A stretch of 63,713 nucleotides of DNA, filler included, from Octopus bimaculoides (taxonomy: Eukaryota): assembly GCF_001194135.2 (NCBI RefSeq). It is 6 parts of 5 records of this genome, joined end to end, with 100 filler letters (N's around TTAATTAATTAA, not from the genome) between each part and the next. Parts side by side here need not be neighbours in the genome. Positions count along the whole stretch, not along the records: positions 1 to 23,686 come from NC_068992.1; positions 23,787 to 52,713 come from NC_068989.1; 4 more parts are not named here. One strand, given 5' to 3'. Of this stretch, positions 12,561 through 24,061 are shown one piece after another; within the stretch, counting starts at the first letter, position 1; each line of letters starts with the position of its first letter. A program made the translations under genes and the position numbers. Below the pieces are notes generated by a model, which worked only from the letters and a program-made list of their open reading frames with translations, had not been told where the DNA came from and made no database searches.

Positions 12561-14406
12561 CCCAATGCTCGGATACGAGCTGGAGCCAACCAATTACAAC
12601 CTCTCGTTGCTTAATGAGATTTGATTTCTACATAATTATTTCATAAGTTTCAGCTATATAGGAAATGAAAGACAGAGAAGAATATAAATCTATTTTCTAT
12701 ATTTTTTCAGCGAAGTTTGTACTGTTGTTTTTCATTTATTATTGATTCAAATGCTCTTCCTCTAGTTTCTGTATTTTCAAATCTCTATTAGCGTCCCAAA
12801 GGGATTTTTTTGCATTTGGTCTGAGTACACTTTTATGTATATATTTTCTTCTTTCTTCTTGCTTTCAATAAAAGTTAGAACCGAAGACTTCAAAGCAATC
12901 TATTGATACTAAATTGGAGGGTGAAGAAAAATTTCACTGAATACAGCACAGTTGCTCTGGGTTCCTGAAGCTTTCAGTTTCCTTAGTTCTATAGTAGATT
13001 CCCAACTGACACACATGTCAATGCAAGGGAAGGACACATACACTCGATCACACCATATGTGCACATTATTTATATATGTATGTAAGTGTGTGTATGTGTG
13101 GTGAATGCAATGAACAAAGCCAACAAGGGAAAAGGCAAAACAGAAGGGACACATTTTTACAACTATTGTATTAGTTTAACACATACAAACAAGAAAGTGA
13201 GTGTTAATGTTTCAGATACTAGCCCTTCAGTTCAAGAAAAGTATAGAAGAAAGTATAGGAAGAATATGAAAGAGGGAAAACGGTTCAGAATATAAAGTGA
13301 GTGTTTAGAGGCCTGGTGGGAATGTAGATTTATAGTAAGAGAGAATATGCTGGTTATGTGTGCCCGTTTAGGAATGTATCAGGGGAATACTATGTATGTG
13401 ATATTTTGGAGCATGTGGCGGTAGTGCATTGATGAGTGAGGTAAGGGTTGGTATGTATGTTAGTAAGGTGATGCACTTAGAAAAGTAAGTAATACAGAAA
13501 GGAGGAAAAAGAGCAGTGCGGAGAAACCAAAAATAGGGAAGAGGTAAGTTCCAAAAAGAGGGGAATTGGGAATTTTATCTGAAGAGAGTTTACTCTGAAT
13601 ACCCAAGTTGGAAAAGATGGTATAGGAAGAAAAATAGTGGAAGAAGGAGAAGGAAATCACACAGGCAGAGGATGAGAAGAATAGAACAAAGAAAGCATGT
13701 GTGTGTGTGTGTGTTAACATCCTGGTGCATGTAGATATGTGTTGTTGTATATGGAAGTGCCCAGTACTCTCAAACATCTGTTTTTTATTTAAATTTATAC
13801 ATACACACACTACCACAAGATTGTGTACCCACATACACATCTTTACACATGTTTTCCCACTCACTCACACTTTTCTCTCCCCCTCCCCTACTATTCCTGC
13901 ACTGCTTGACAACTTCGCTTCACATCTTACCTGCCATCAACTTTTCAGCTTGCTAGTACATACACACACACACACACACACACACCAACATTCACAAACA
14001 CACATAAAAGCTCACACCTACACTTTCTTCTTTGACTTATTCTTCTCATACAGTTACCTACCTTTCTTTTCACCCTTATGTCTAAGAGATTGTCGTTCCC
14101 TTTTTCCAACATTTGTTCTTCTACCATGTGATTATATGAAGTCAAGCATTTGGACTTAACTCTCCTCATTTAGTTTTCCAGGTTTACCCCTCTGGTGGAA
14201 TTTCCCATTTCCACCATCTTTGGATTCTCAGGATGTTTACTTTTTCCTCCTTACAATCACTTAAACTTTATGTTCTTACACAACTACCAATTGTCTTTCT
14301 AAGAATATCACCTTAAAAAGTTTTGCTTTCTATATTTCTGTTTCAAACACTAGACTCTTACCTTTATACTTATACTAGCAGAAATATACTTATACTTATA
14401 CTTATA

Positions 14407-14497
14407 CTAGCAGAAATACCAGGCGTTGCCCGAGTTAAAGAGAATAATGAAATCTAAAAACGCCGTCTAGACTACGCATCATCTTTATATATAGAGA
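14407..14497 (-). mobile_element. 91-bp mini-Helitron
   Basis: Minus: A|TCTCTATATATAAAG...CTCGGGCAACGCCTGG (subterminal hairpin remnant)..CTAG|T. Confidence 0.7.
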
Positions 14498-15179
14498 TGT
14501 ATATACACACACGCACCCAAACACACATATATATATGTATATCAATATAAATATATGAAAGTCAATGTAAGTATATCTGAAAGGGTAGTCTTACACTGTT
14601 GTACCGTTGAATTACAAATAATGCTCATCTGTTATGTTGGGGTTAAAATTTCATCAACATCAAAAATATATGAATTTTCATGGGAGTTATGGCCGTTATG
14701 CAAAGAATATAATTTCCAAATTTCATAAAGANNNNNNNNNNNNNNNNNNNNNNNNNNNNNNNNNNNNNNNNNNNNNNNNNNNNNNNNNNNNNNNNNNNNN
14801 NNNNNNNNNNNNNNNNNNNNNNNNNNNNNNNNNNNNNNNNNNNNNNNNNNNNNNNNNNNNNNNNNNNNNNNNNNNNNNNNNNNNNNNNNNNNNNNNNNNN
14901 NNNNNNNNNNNNNNNNNNNNNNNNNNNNNNNNNNNNNNNNNNNNNNNNNNNNNNNNNNNNNNNNNNNNNNNNNNNNNNNNNNNNNNNNNNNNNNNNNNNN
15001 NNNNNNNNNNNNNNNNNNNNNNNNNNNNNNNNNNNNNNNNNNNNNNNNNNNNNNNNNNNNNNNNNNNNNNNNNNNNNNNNNNNNNNNNNNNNNNNNNNNN
15101 NNNNNNNNNNNNNNNNNNNNNNNNNNNNNNNNNNNNNNNNNNNNNNNNNNNNNNNNNTGTATACATATACATCTCTCTT

Positions 15180-15210
<31 letters not shown>

Positions 15211-15224
15211 GAAAGTATGTCATT

Positions 15225-15527
15225 ACAGTATCGAAATGTGATTGTTTCAGTTAGTGGAATAGTTTCATTTTTAAAGTGAAAGTATTTGACATGGGTGTTT
15301 TTGTTTCACTTTTGACACGTAATACTTAAATAGTGGAGGAGATATTATGTTGCCGTGGGCTCGAACTCTGCAAGAAGTTAAACATTTTTTTGACTAAAAC
15401 ACAACTGGAACCCTAATTAAGGCATGTGTAAAATTTGAATGAAATTGGTTGCGTAGTTCTCGAGTTTTAGGGATTCACACAGACAGACAGACAGACAGAC
15501 CCACATTCTCATTTTTATATATATAGA
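15225..15527 (-). mobile_element. Non-autonomous Helitron-like element, 5' part with (GTCT)n
   Basis: Minus 5' end ATCTATATATATAAAAATGAGAATGTGGGTCTGTCTGTC; same terminal style as 14497. Confidence 0.6.
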
Positions 15528-16124
15528 TACATAGATATGTGTGTGGGTGGCTAGGGGTAAGTGGAGGGGCTGAGTGTGTATATATGCATATATGTATGCA
15601 TGTGTTACTTGGTGGGTGTGTGCGTGTATGCCATATCTTGTCTCCCTTACAATCGCAAATTGGTTAAGCATGCAGTCATTAGAATGACTAAGAAAGAGTG
15701 TGTATTTCGTACCAGGCCCAAGAAAGTGTTGAAGTTGGGCAACAGTGGAAAACTGAAGAATTTTGCAAACTAAATACAAAAACGGTGTTTCGTGAGTGCG
15801 TGCGTGTGTGTGTGTGTGTGCGTGCGTGCGTGTGAGACTATATAAACCTAAATATTTCGGCTTTCATCTGAATCATCTTCGGTACTGCCCCATTTATGCT
15901 ATTTTGCCCCCTGTTATAATCGATAATTTCTCGCCTTCGCTCTCGCTTTCTCACTATAATTACCTTTAGTGAAATTTCTCACATTTATTTCTACAACGCT
16001 TTGACAGAAATGTATATTGCTTCACTCAAAAAATTTTCTTTCTACTTCTCTAATCGATACTTTAACGCATTTATACGTCGCAATGTTCTTGCTAACTACG
16101 AAGGACTATTACAAAGATGCATAC

Positions 16125-16235
16125 ATGTATGTGTTACAAAGATAGATACACATAATAGCCCTTCGTTGTGACAGCCAGACTTTAATGTGTATTTCTGTCG
16201 AGACGCTGTCGCTCTCGAGGATTAACTTCGTGTAA
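16125..16235 (-). CDS. Possible third exon (phase 2-2) of the candidate gene
   Basis: T-rich acceptor ..ttttttatttcgatactAG, open YTKLILESDSVSTEIHIKVWLSQRRAIMCIYLCNTY, donor CAT|GTATGC. Confidence 0.2.
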
Positions 16236-16396
16236 CTAGTATCGAAATAAAAAAGAAAATTATATTATGAAACTACAAATATCTTCGTTCAAGCTTCCTA
16301 CTTCTCACAAATCTGATACAAATCAGCATCTTATTTTAATCATCATTCTTAAATTGGTGTCTCCAACTTTGAAGAGCTAGTATACAGCTGCCTTAC

Positions 16397-16440
16397 ATCT
16401 CTTCAAGTTCACAGCATGAACCTTGTGTGACATCTAACAC
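16397..16440 (-). CDS. Candidate 44-nt coding exon VLDVTQGSCCELEE
   Basis: Acceptor atatttttcAG and donor GAT|GTAAGG, both strong; in frame with 16798-16842. Confidence 0.45.
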
Positions 16441-16797
16441 CTGAAAAATATGCAGCCTGACACCTTTCATACAGATAAATTTTGCCGGACACCGCCAACC
16501 ACATGCAACAAAGAAGAAATGAATGCATGCAGGTACACACGCACGCACTCTCTCTCTCTTTCTCTCTCACATACACACTTGCGAACAAGAAACTATACTA
16601 ACATTCTTCAAATCTTTTCTTTAAATACTTTACTAAAATTACTTTTCTCATCATTAAAAGACATCCGTTTAACAAAGGAAAAACAAAAACACTTTCAAGC
16701 AATACATCTAATATTTCTAATGCTTCATTTATTTCGTAACTGTTATATTTCGGGTCGTACTGCGCAAATTTTGTTTTTCATTCAGTAAATAATTCAC

Positions 16798-16842
16798 ATC
16801 TTTCGTTTCTTTTATTCTTGCTTGATCCTGCTCGCACCACAT
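16798..16842 (-). CDS. Candidate first coding segment MWCEQDQARIKETKD
   Basis: AAC-ATG context, in-frame stops upstream, donor GAT|GTGAAT; possible acceptor tttctatttcAG at 16917; CpG-rich surroundings. Confidence 0.35.
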
Positions 16843-16969
16843 GTTAACTTGAAAAATTTATGGATTTAGTCTTTATAATGTTCATGTCATTGCTGATAAC
16901 GTGAAGAGGCTACGTTCTGAAATAGAAATGACCACATGATGAATATGTTCCCATACTTTTTTCTTGAGA

Positions 16970-17152
16970 GTCATTACTCCACTATTAATAATACATGCAC
17001 CGGTTCAGTTCCACTCCTTTATTACTAGTCAAATGGTTTGTCTGATCAGTTCACCGACAAGTTAAGCGATTAATTAGTTAGATGAATAGGTATTTAATCA
17101 ATTGACTAATAATATAAAATGGAACTGAACCTGTGCGTGCGTTTTTAATGAC
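16970..17152. repeat. Small inverted-repeat element (MITE-like)
   Basis: gcaccggttcagttcca..ttattactagtcaaatg (16997-17035) is the reverse complement of 17099-17136. Confidence 0.7.
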
Positions 17153-17346
17153 TTTCCTCAGACACAACAAAATTTGTTTCAACTCATGAATTCACATAAA
17201 GAATCTTGCAAACTAAACACAAAAACGATGTTTACATACATACATAATTTTAAATAGTTTATATATTACATATGTACAAAGTATATTTATGTATTACTGA
17301 GAAACATTTCGGATCTTTCTGATTTGACGGGCACTTGTTTTCTTAA

Positions 17347-18040
17347 CGAAACACTTTCAAACTTGAGATACTGGTAGAATGTGTCATATAAAACATCTTT
17401 TTTTCTTAGCCTTCTTAACAAAATTTTCTTCTTAATAAGTTATTTCATGTTAAAGTTGTCGTATTTCTGTAATTTCAACCAATCACTGACGTCTATTCAG
17501 CTGAATACAGTTACTGCTGTTTTTGTAAACAATATTTTTTGCCGGTGTCAAGAGTGTTATTCCCTGTTTAATTATATCATTATTCCCTAGTAAGGTTTTA
17601 GGGTTAGGGTTCTGGTTTTAGAGTTATGGTTATGAGTTATAGGGTTTTAGGGTTAGGGTTGTGAGTGAGGTTATGGCAAAAATACTGATAACCCTAACCG
17701 TAACCCTAAAACTAACCCTAACTCTAAAACCCAAACCCTAAAGCCCTAAAGCTAAAACCAGTACAAACGCACGAACGATGTCATAAATAACAGTACCATG
17801 GATAGTTGTTGTTGACAAACTACGGCACTAATTTTATTCAAGGGAAAAGATCCCATGACACCGTTAGAACATGTTGTTTACATTCCACGGCAGTAATTGT
17901 TTTCACCTCAATAGACGTCAGTGATTGGTTGAAATTACCGAAATACAACAATTTTTTACATGAAATAACTTCGAATACAAACATTTTTATCTGTTCTATA
18001 ACACAAAATATACAAGTATGCAAAGTTTGAAAGTGTTTCG
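17347..18040. mobile_element. Foldback element with degenerate (TTAGGG)n/(CCCTAA)n core
   Basis: Arms ~17347-17567 and ~17840-18040; TTAGGG-like 17590-17675 and CCCTAA-like 17688-17760. Confidence 0.8.
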
Positions 18041-18587
18041 GTACCAAAAACACTACATAAAACATAAATGAAAAGTGTTGNNNNNNNNNNNNNNNNNNNN
18101 NNNNNNNNNNNNNNNNNNNNNNNNNNNNNNNNNNNNNNNNNNNNNNNNNNNNNNNNNNNNNNNNNNNNNNNNNNNNNNNNNNNNNNNNNNNNNNNNNNNN
18201 NNNNNNNNNNNNNNNNNNNNNNNNNNNNNNNNNNNNNNNNNNNNNNNNNNNNNNNNNNNNNNNNNNNNNNNNNNNNNNNNNNNNNNNNNNNNNNNNNNNN
18301 NNNNNNNNNNNNNNNNNNNNNNNNNNNNNNNNNNNNNNNNNNNNNNNNNNNNNNNNNNNNNNNNNNNNNNNNNNNNNNNNNNNNNNNNNNNNNNNNNNNN
18401 NNNNNNNNNNNNNNNNNNNNNNNNNNNNNNNNNNNNNNNNNNNNNNNNNNNNNNNNNNNNNNNNNNNNNNNNNNNNNNNNNNNNNNNNNNNNNNNNNNNN
18501 NNNNNNNNNNNNNNNNNNNNNNNNNNNNNNNNNNNNNNNNNNNNNNNNNNNNNNNNNNNNNNNNNNNNNNNNNNNNNNNNNNNNNNN

Positions 18588-18997
18588 ATAAACAGCGCAT
18601 GACCTCACAGGTAGGGCCCAGTTAGAATTTTTTTCAGGTCGAGTAGCCCATCCCACTCAAATGGTACCTGAATAAGGTTTGTTTAAGGATGTTGAGCAAA
18701 ACACCCATGTTTCCAAAGGTGAATTATTCAAATCCCAAAGAATTCCTTTCAACACATAGCTATGATACTCCCCCACTACTTCTGCTCGTGATCAGAGATG
18801 CACATATCGTCAGCCACTAAGGGACATGCTCAACTGGTTAAGGTCAAACAACTGTCGAGCAAATCTGTGGTATTAAGCAGAATATTTGCTGTAGCCCATC
18901 TTTTATACCAAGACAATACAATGTACATGATAACACTTTCAATCAATTAAGATCAGAAGCTATGAGAGCCACTGCCTGGTACTGTATCTGGGCATTT
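18588..18997. mobile_element. Second copy of repeat X (left end lost in gap)
   Basis: Aligns to 2735-3093; followed by (ATT)n. Confidence 0.75.
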
Positions 18998-19034
18998 ATT
19001 ATTATCATTATTATTATTATTATTATTATTATTG

Positions 19035-19273
19035 TTCAGGTCCCTGCTTGGAATCGAACTCAGAATCTTGGGGTTAGTAGCCCGCGCTCTTAACCACTAT
19101 GCCATACAATTTTTCAAGTCAACATGTGGTGCAAGCAGGATCAAACAAGAATAAAAGAAACGAAAGGCTGGAGGGTATATCAGCCAAAACGTGTTAACAA
19201 CAAACAAGATGAGGACAATATCCGTCGAATGTAAATAATGTAAATAATTTCTCATCTCTTAAATATAGAACTG
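19035..19273. mobile_element. Rearranged tRNA-head/HHR-tail element: head on minus (19035-19107), 59-bp local capture, tail on plus (19164-19273)
   Basis: Head is the reverse complement of 3322-3396; tail starts at helix II GGCTG..CAGCC. Confidence 0.7.
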
Positions 19274-19551
19274 TAATATTTGTCTTTGTCGAGCATGTAC
19301 ATACAAAGTCAAGAAGGAGATAAGAGTTATATAAGGACGAGATGGAGATAAGAGTACATGTTGTGGAACAATGTGACAATTTTCATTGAGGAAATTGAAC
19401 TGGTTCTGCGCAGGAGTTAAATTCACAAACTTTTTATAACCTCGGGCAAGATTTTCTAGAACCTTTGAAATATAATCTGGTTGGAAGCTAACATAACTCT
19501 CTTTAATGTTTATTGCTGTTGACAGGTACATGCTGTCTAATGTTGATTGAC

Positions 19552-20830
19552 TTCATCATCATCATCATCATTTTAGGTCCGCTTTCCATGCTGGCATGGG
19601 TTAGACTGTTTGACTGAGGATTGGCAAGCCAGTAGGCTGCACTAGGCTCCAATCTGATCTGGCAAGGTTTTTACAGTTGGATGCCCTTCCTAATGCCAAC
19701 CACTCTGAGAGTGTAGTGAGTGCTTTTTACATGCCACCAGCAGGGAAGCCAGTCAGGTGGCACTGGCTTCGACCACATTTGGATGGTGCTCTTTACATTC
19801 CACCAACAGGGGAACCAATCGGGAGCACTGGCATCAACCATGTTCAGATGGTACTTTTTATGTGTCACTAGCATGGAGAGCCAGTCAGGTGGCACTAGCA
19901 TCAACCCAAGCATGAACAGTGCTTATTACATCCCACCAGCATGGATGCCAGTCAGGCAGCACTGGCCACAACTACTATTTCAAATTCACTTGACTCAACA
20001 GATCTTCTTAAGCACATCATATTACCTGATGCTTCAAAGATACTTTTAAATAGGCCGGTTATGCAACACTGGCATCAGCCATGGCTGCAATCTCACTTTA
20101 CTTGTTGGGTCTTCTCAATCATAGCACATCTCCAAAGTTTTCAGACTCTTGTCATTGCCTCCTTGAGGCCCAACGTTCAAAGATCATGCTTCACCACCTC
20201 ATCCCAGGTCTTCCTGGGTCTACCTCTTCCACAGGTTCCTTCCACTGTTAGAGTGTGACACTTCTTCACACAGCTGTCCTCATCCATCCATAACGCATGA
20301 CCATACCAGCACACAACATCTGATGCTTCTTCTGTCCAACTTTTCTCTCAGGGCAATTACACTCTGTCATGTATGCTCACTGACATTACACATCCATACT
20401 AGCTTCAATTCTTTCAAGCCTACACATGTCCTCTGCAGTCATGGCCCATGTTTCACTGCTGTGTAGCATGGCAGTTTGCACACATGCATCATACAGTCTA
20501 CCTTTCATCTTGAGCGAGAAGTCCTTTGTTGCCAGCAGAGGGAGGAGCTCTCTGAACTTTGCCCAGGCTATCTTTATTCTAGCAGCTACACTCTCAGAGC
20601 ATCCACTCCCACTACAGACTTTGTTGCTTAGGTAGCAGAAGCTATCAACTATTTCTAGTTTTTCCTCTTGGCATATGATGGAATCTGTTTTCTGTACATC
20701 TTCAGTGTTTATTGCCCCTATGCATGTGCCACACACAAGAACTATGTCTCCAGTTAACCTTCCTTTGATATTGCTGCACCTCTTATGTGACTTGTAAATA
20801 TTTACTGGGTGGACCATTCTTTCAAAGCCT
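19552..20830 (-). mobile_element. RTE-clade LINE 3' fragment with ~65-bp internal tandem units and (GAT)n tail
   Basis: EKLEIVDSFCYL..ARIKIAWAKFRELLPLL..GRLYDACV..LHSSETW; four ~65-bp units at 19720-19970. Confidence 0.9.
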
Positions 20831-23039
20831 TTTGTTCCTTTTAAGGGGATTTTATTAGGCTGAGGTTCTTAGCTGGATAACTAAGTGAGGTGGTTTTAGA
20901 GCTACTACTCCGGCATGTTTTTATGTACTCATACATACATGTGACTGTGTCTAACTTCTCCATTCCTTCTTTGCATGACTATTCTCCTGACAAAATGGCT
21001 TGTTGGTTAAATGGTAGAACGTTTAAAACCTCAGAAACTGGTAATACAAGCCTCGGTGTAGTCAGCTCACACCATTTCTTCACTTCTGTAGACTTGCTTC
21101 ATTTTGTATCTGCTGTCATTTTTCTGGTGTCATCACAGTTAATCTTGCATAAAGTGCAATTTTTGCACTATTATTTCATCGTTTGTGATATTTGCTATCT
21201 GATTGCTGTTTTTTTTTTTTTTTTTTTTTTTTCTTTGGGTCCATTTTCTTAGCAGAATTCTCTTTTTGTTCAGGCATCACTTACATATTCTTGCATACAC
21301 TCTAATACTTGTGCCTCAAGCAGCTATTTCTCTCTCTGGGTCATTTGTAAATTCTAATGCCTGATATCGTTCTGTCAGGTGCTCCACGTGTAACATTTCA
21401 TGTTGCACTGATTTACTTTTCTATTTAGAGGAGAGTGGCAACATTTCATATTGATCAAGAAATGCACAGTTCTTCAGTTTAAGGTTATTAAACAATTTGC
21501 TTTGGCAAGAATTGCTAACATTGGCAGTCATATTCTCTTGATGTCTCAAATGCTTGGAGAATATAACATTTCAGCACTGCTTTCTTTCAGTAATAAGTAA
21601 CCTTTCCTCTCTGCACCAATGCTCTGATTATAAATAACAGAGAACTACTTGTCTCTTGCAGCATCGTACTTGTAGAATTGGTTGGCTGGAAGCTGGATTA
21701 TTTGACCTGGCTGCATACTGCTCCCAAATAAAACCAATCACAATATTTAAATTTTATTGTCATGTTTATTCCTTGATTAATATTGCAATGGTTACTTTAC
21801 ATAAAGCTGTTATGCTGAATACCAGTAGCCAGTGTGTGAAAGGAGAAAATTTCAAGTCTTAGTGCTTGCTGAGAGGAGATCTTTTTACACCAGATTGGGA
21901 AAGTATGGCTTCTAGCTGACCAAGAAAACTTCTACAAATCTCCTGGCTCCTCTGCTATTCTCTGCACTGTACCATCCTACATGACGCAGTTTATCACCAT
22001 GATTTGGCTCAAAACTGCACAAAATTTTCCCTTATGCTTAGTACCTACACAGTTGCATTAGAACAATGGTTGGCTGAAACATAGGTTTGGTTCACCTGAT
22101 ACGGACTGTTATCACCAAATATGGAAACTGATATGCCATAGCCTTTACTCATTACAGAACTGATAGGATTTTGAATGCTAAGTACTGCTATATAGGAGGT
22201 TCCTGAAACAGATCACATTCTGGATTCAATTGCACAGCATCTCTTTCAGATCAAATCCACTTGTCATCAATTTTTGGTAATTCTTGATAACTGGCATTGG
22301 ACACCATCCAAGTTGATCACCATGCCTGCTGGCTTATATCCTTGCTAATCACTTATGATATCAAATATGACTAGTGTTGGCTATGATCATACAAGGTATT
22401 CTAGTTTTAAAGCTAAAATTATAAGAGAAGTATATCGATTATTTTGTATGGTTATAGAATTTAGATTTTCAACTATCACCAGAGTCAGTTTGAGTGCAAC
22501 CTGATTTTGTGTTGCTTTGGTCTATGACGTACAAGATGATTTCTCACCTCCTTATCTTTCACTCTAATACAGACACACATTTACATCTCCTCGCTAAAAG
22601 TATCTTAAATGACATTTCTCACCTCTCTTTCTGAGTGAGATGCATATTCACACTAAAAATTTTCTTTCGTGACATTTCACCCTGTCTCTCTAATGGAGAC
22701 TTAAAAATTATTTCTACACTGCATCATAGTTACTTGCCAGTCACACAAGTTTTGTGACAAACATTTATCTCCAACCACCCTTCCAGGCCCACTAACTTAA
22801 ACAGACACACACACTAAGTGTGATAGTATCTTTGTCAGTTCAAACTAACTAGTCCCCCTTCCACTATCCAAGAACATTGCACTCTATAGGTAGCTCATTT
22901 ATTCACCAAACACTTCAATGTCTTCCTCCCTTCATGGATAAACTACTTCCTTAAAATACTCTTACTCTAAGAATGTGAATTTCCTTCTCCTTTTAATGAC
23001 TGCATGTACAATTTCAATAAAGTCATATCTACTAATGCC

Positions 23040-23150
23040 CAACTCACCTCTATTATTCACCAGTGAGCTCTTGCTTTAGAAGAATTTGATAAAAGTAATT
23101 TCCACACTTTCAACATTAGCAATTCTTTTGACCATGTCTGACATTAGAAT
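23040..23150 (+). mobile_element. Very old LINE RT remnant
   Basis: LEEFDKSNFHTFNISNSFDHV*H resembles the RT DxxKAFDxVxH motif. Confidence 0.35.
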
Positions 23151-24030
23151 TTCTTGTAGATGGATGGAACCATAGCTCCATTCATCTCTCATTTTATAGA
23201 GAACTGCCAAACCAAGAGATGAGAAATGGATGAAGACATGAATGCCATCCATCTCTCATTTGTTGTCAGTAGCTTTCTATTAGATCACACTATTGTTACA
23301 GAAGTGTATATAGCACTTTCTGTCCCTTGTTCTATCAACTGCATCACTACTCTAAGTTTCTTTAATGAGTGTGTCACCATCACAGCAAGCCAAGATTAAT
23401 TTCATATTTGAACAAAACAATCCAAAGAGGACTAACTCAGAGTGTCCGGTTGCATAAAAAGGGGAAACAACGAATAAATTTGAATCAGAAGCATAAGTTC
23501 CCAGCTGACTTCTTGTTTCCAGACAATCAAACTTAATAGCATGTGAATTGCTGAGAATACTTGATTCTTGAAATTATCTCCTCTTCTAATTTAGAGTTTG
23601 AAAGCTGAATCAACAAAAAGGAGTTACATCGAGATAAAAATCTTTATGCAGTTTAAATGCTGAAGTTTTCGATAACCAACTGGCTGNNNNNNNNNNNNNN
23701 NNNNNNNNNNNNNNNNNNNNNNNNNNNNNNTTAATTAATTAANNNNNNNNNNNNNNNNNNNNNNNNNNNNNNNNNNNNNNNNNNNNTAAATGTACACACA
23801 TACATACACATATACATACACATACATACATACATACACACAACACATACATATATACACATATACACGCACACATACACACATATATACATACACACAC
23901 CATTTTAAAATGGTGTGTGTATGTATGTGTGCGTGTATATGTGTATATATGTATGTGTTGTGTGTATGTATGTATGTATGTGTATGTATATGTGTGTATG
24001 TATGTGTGTGCATTTATATATATGTGTATG

Positions 24031-24061
<31 letters not shown>

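Noticed and set aside
17590-17760. True ancestral chromosome fusion site
   Set aside because: Repeats are short and degenerate and lie inside symmetric arms typical of a foldback element; not fully excluded without synteny
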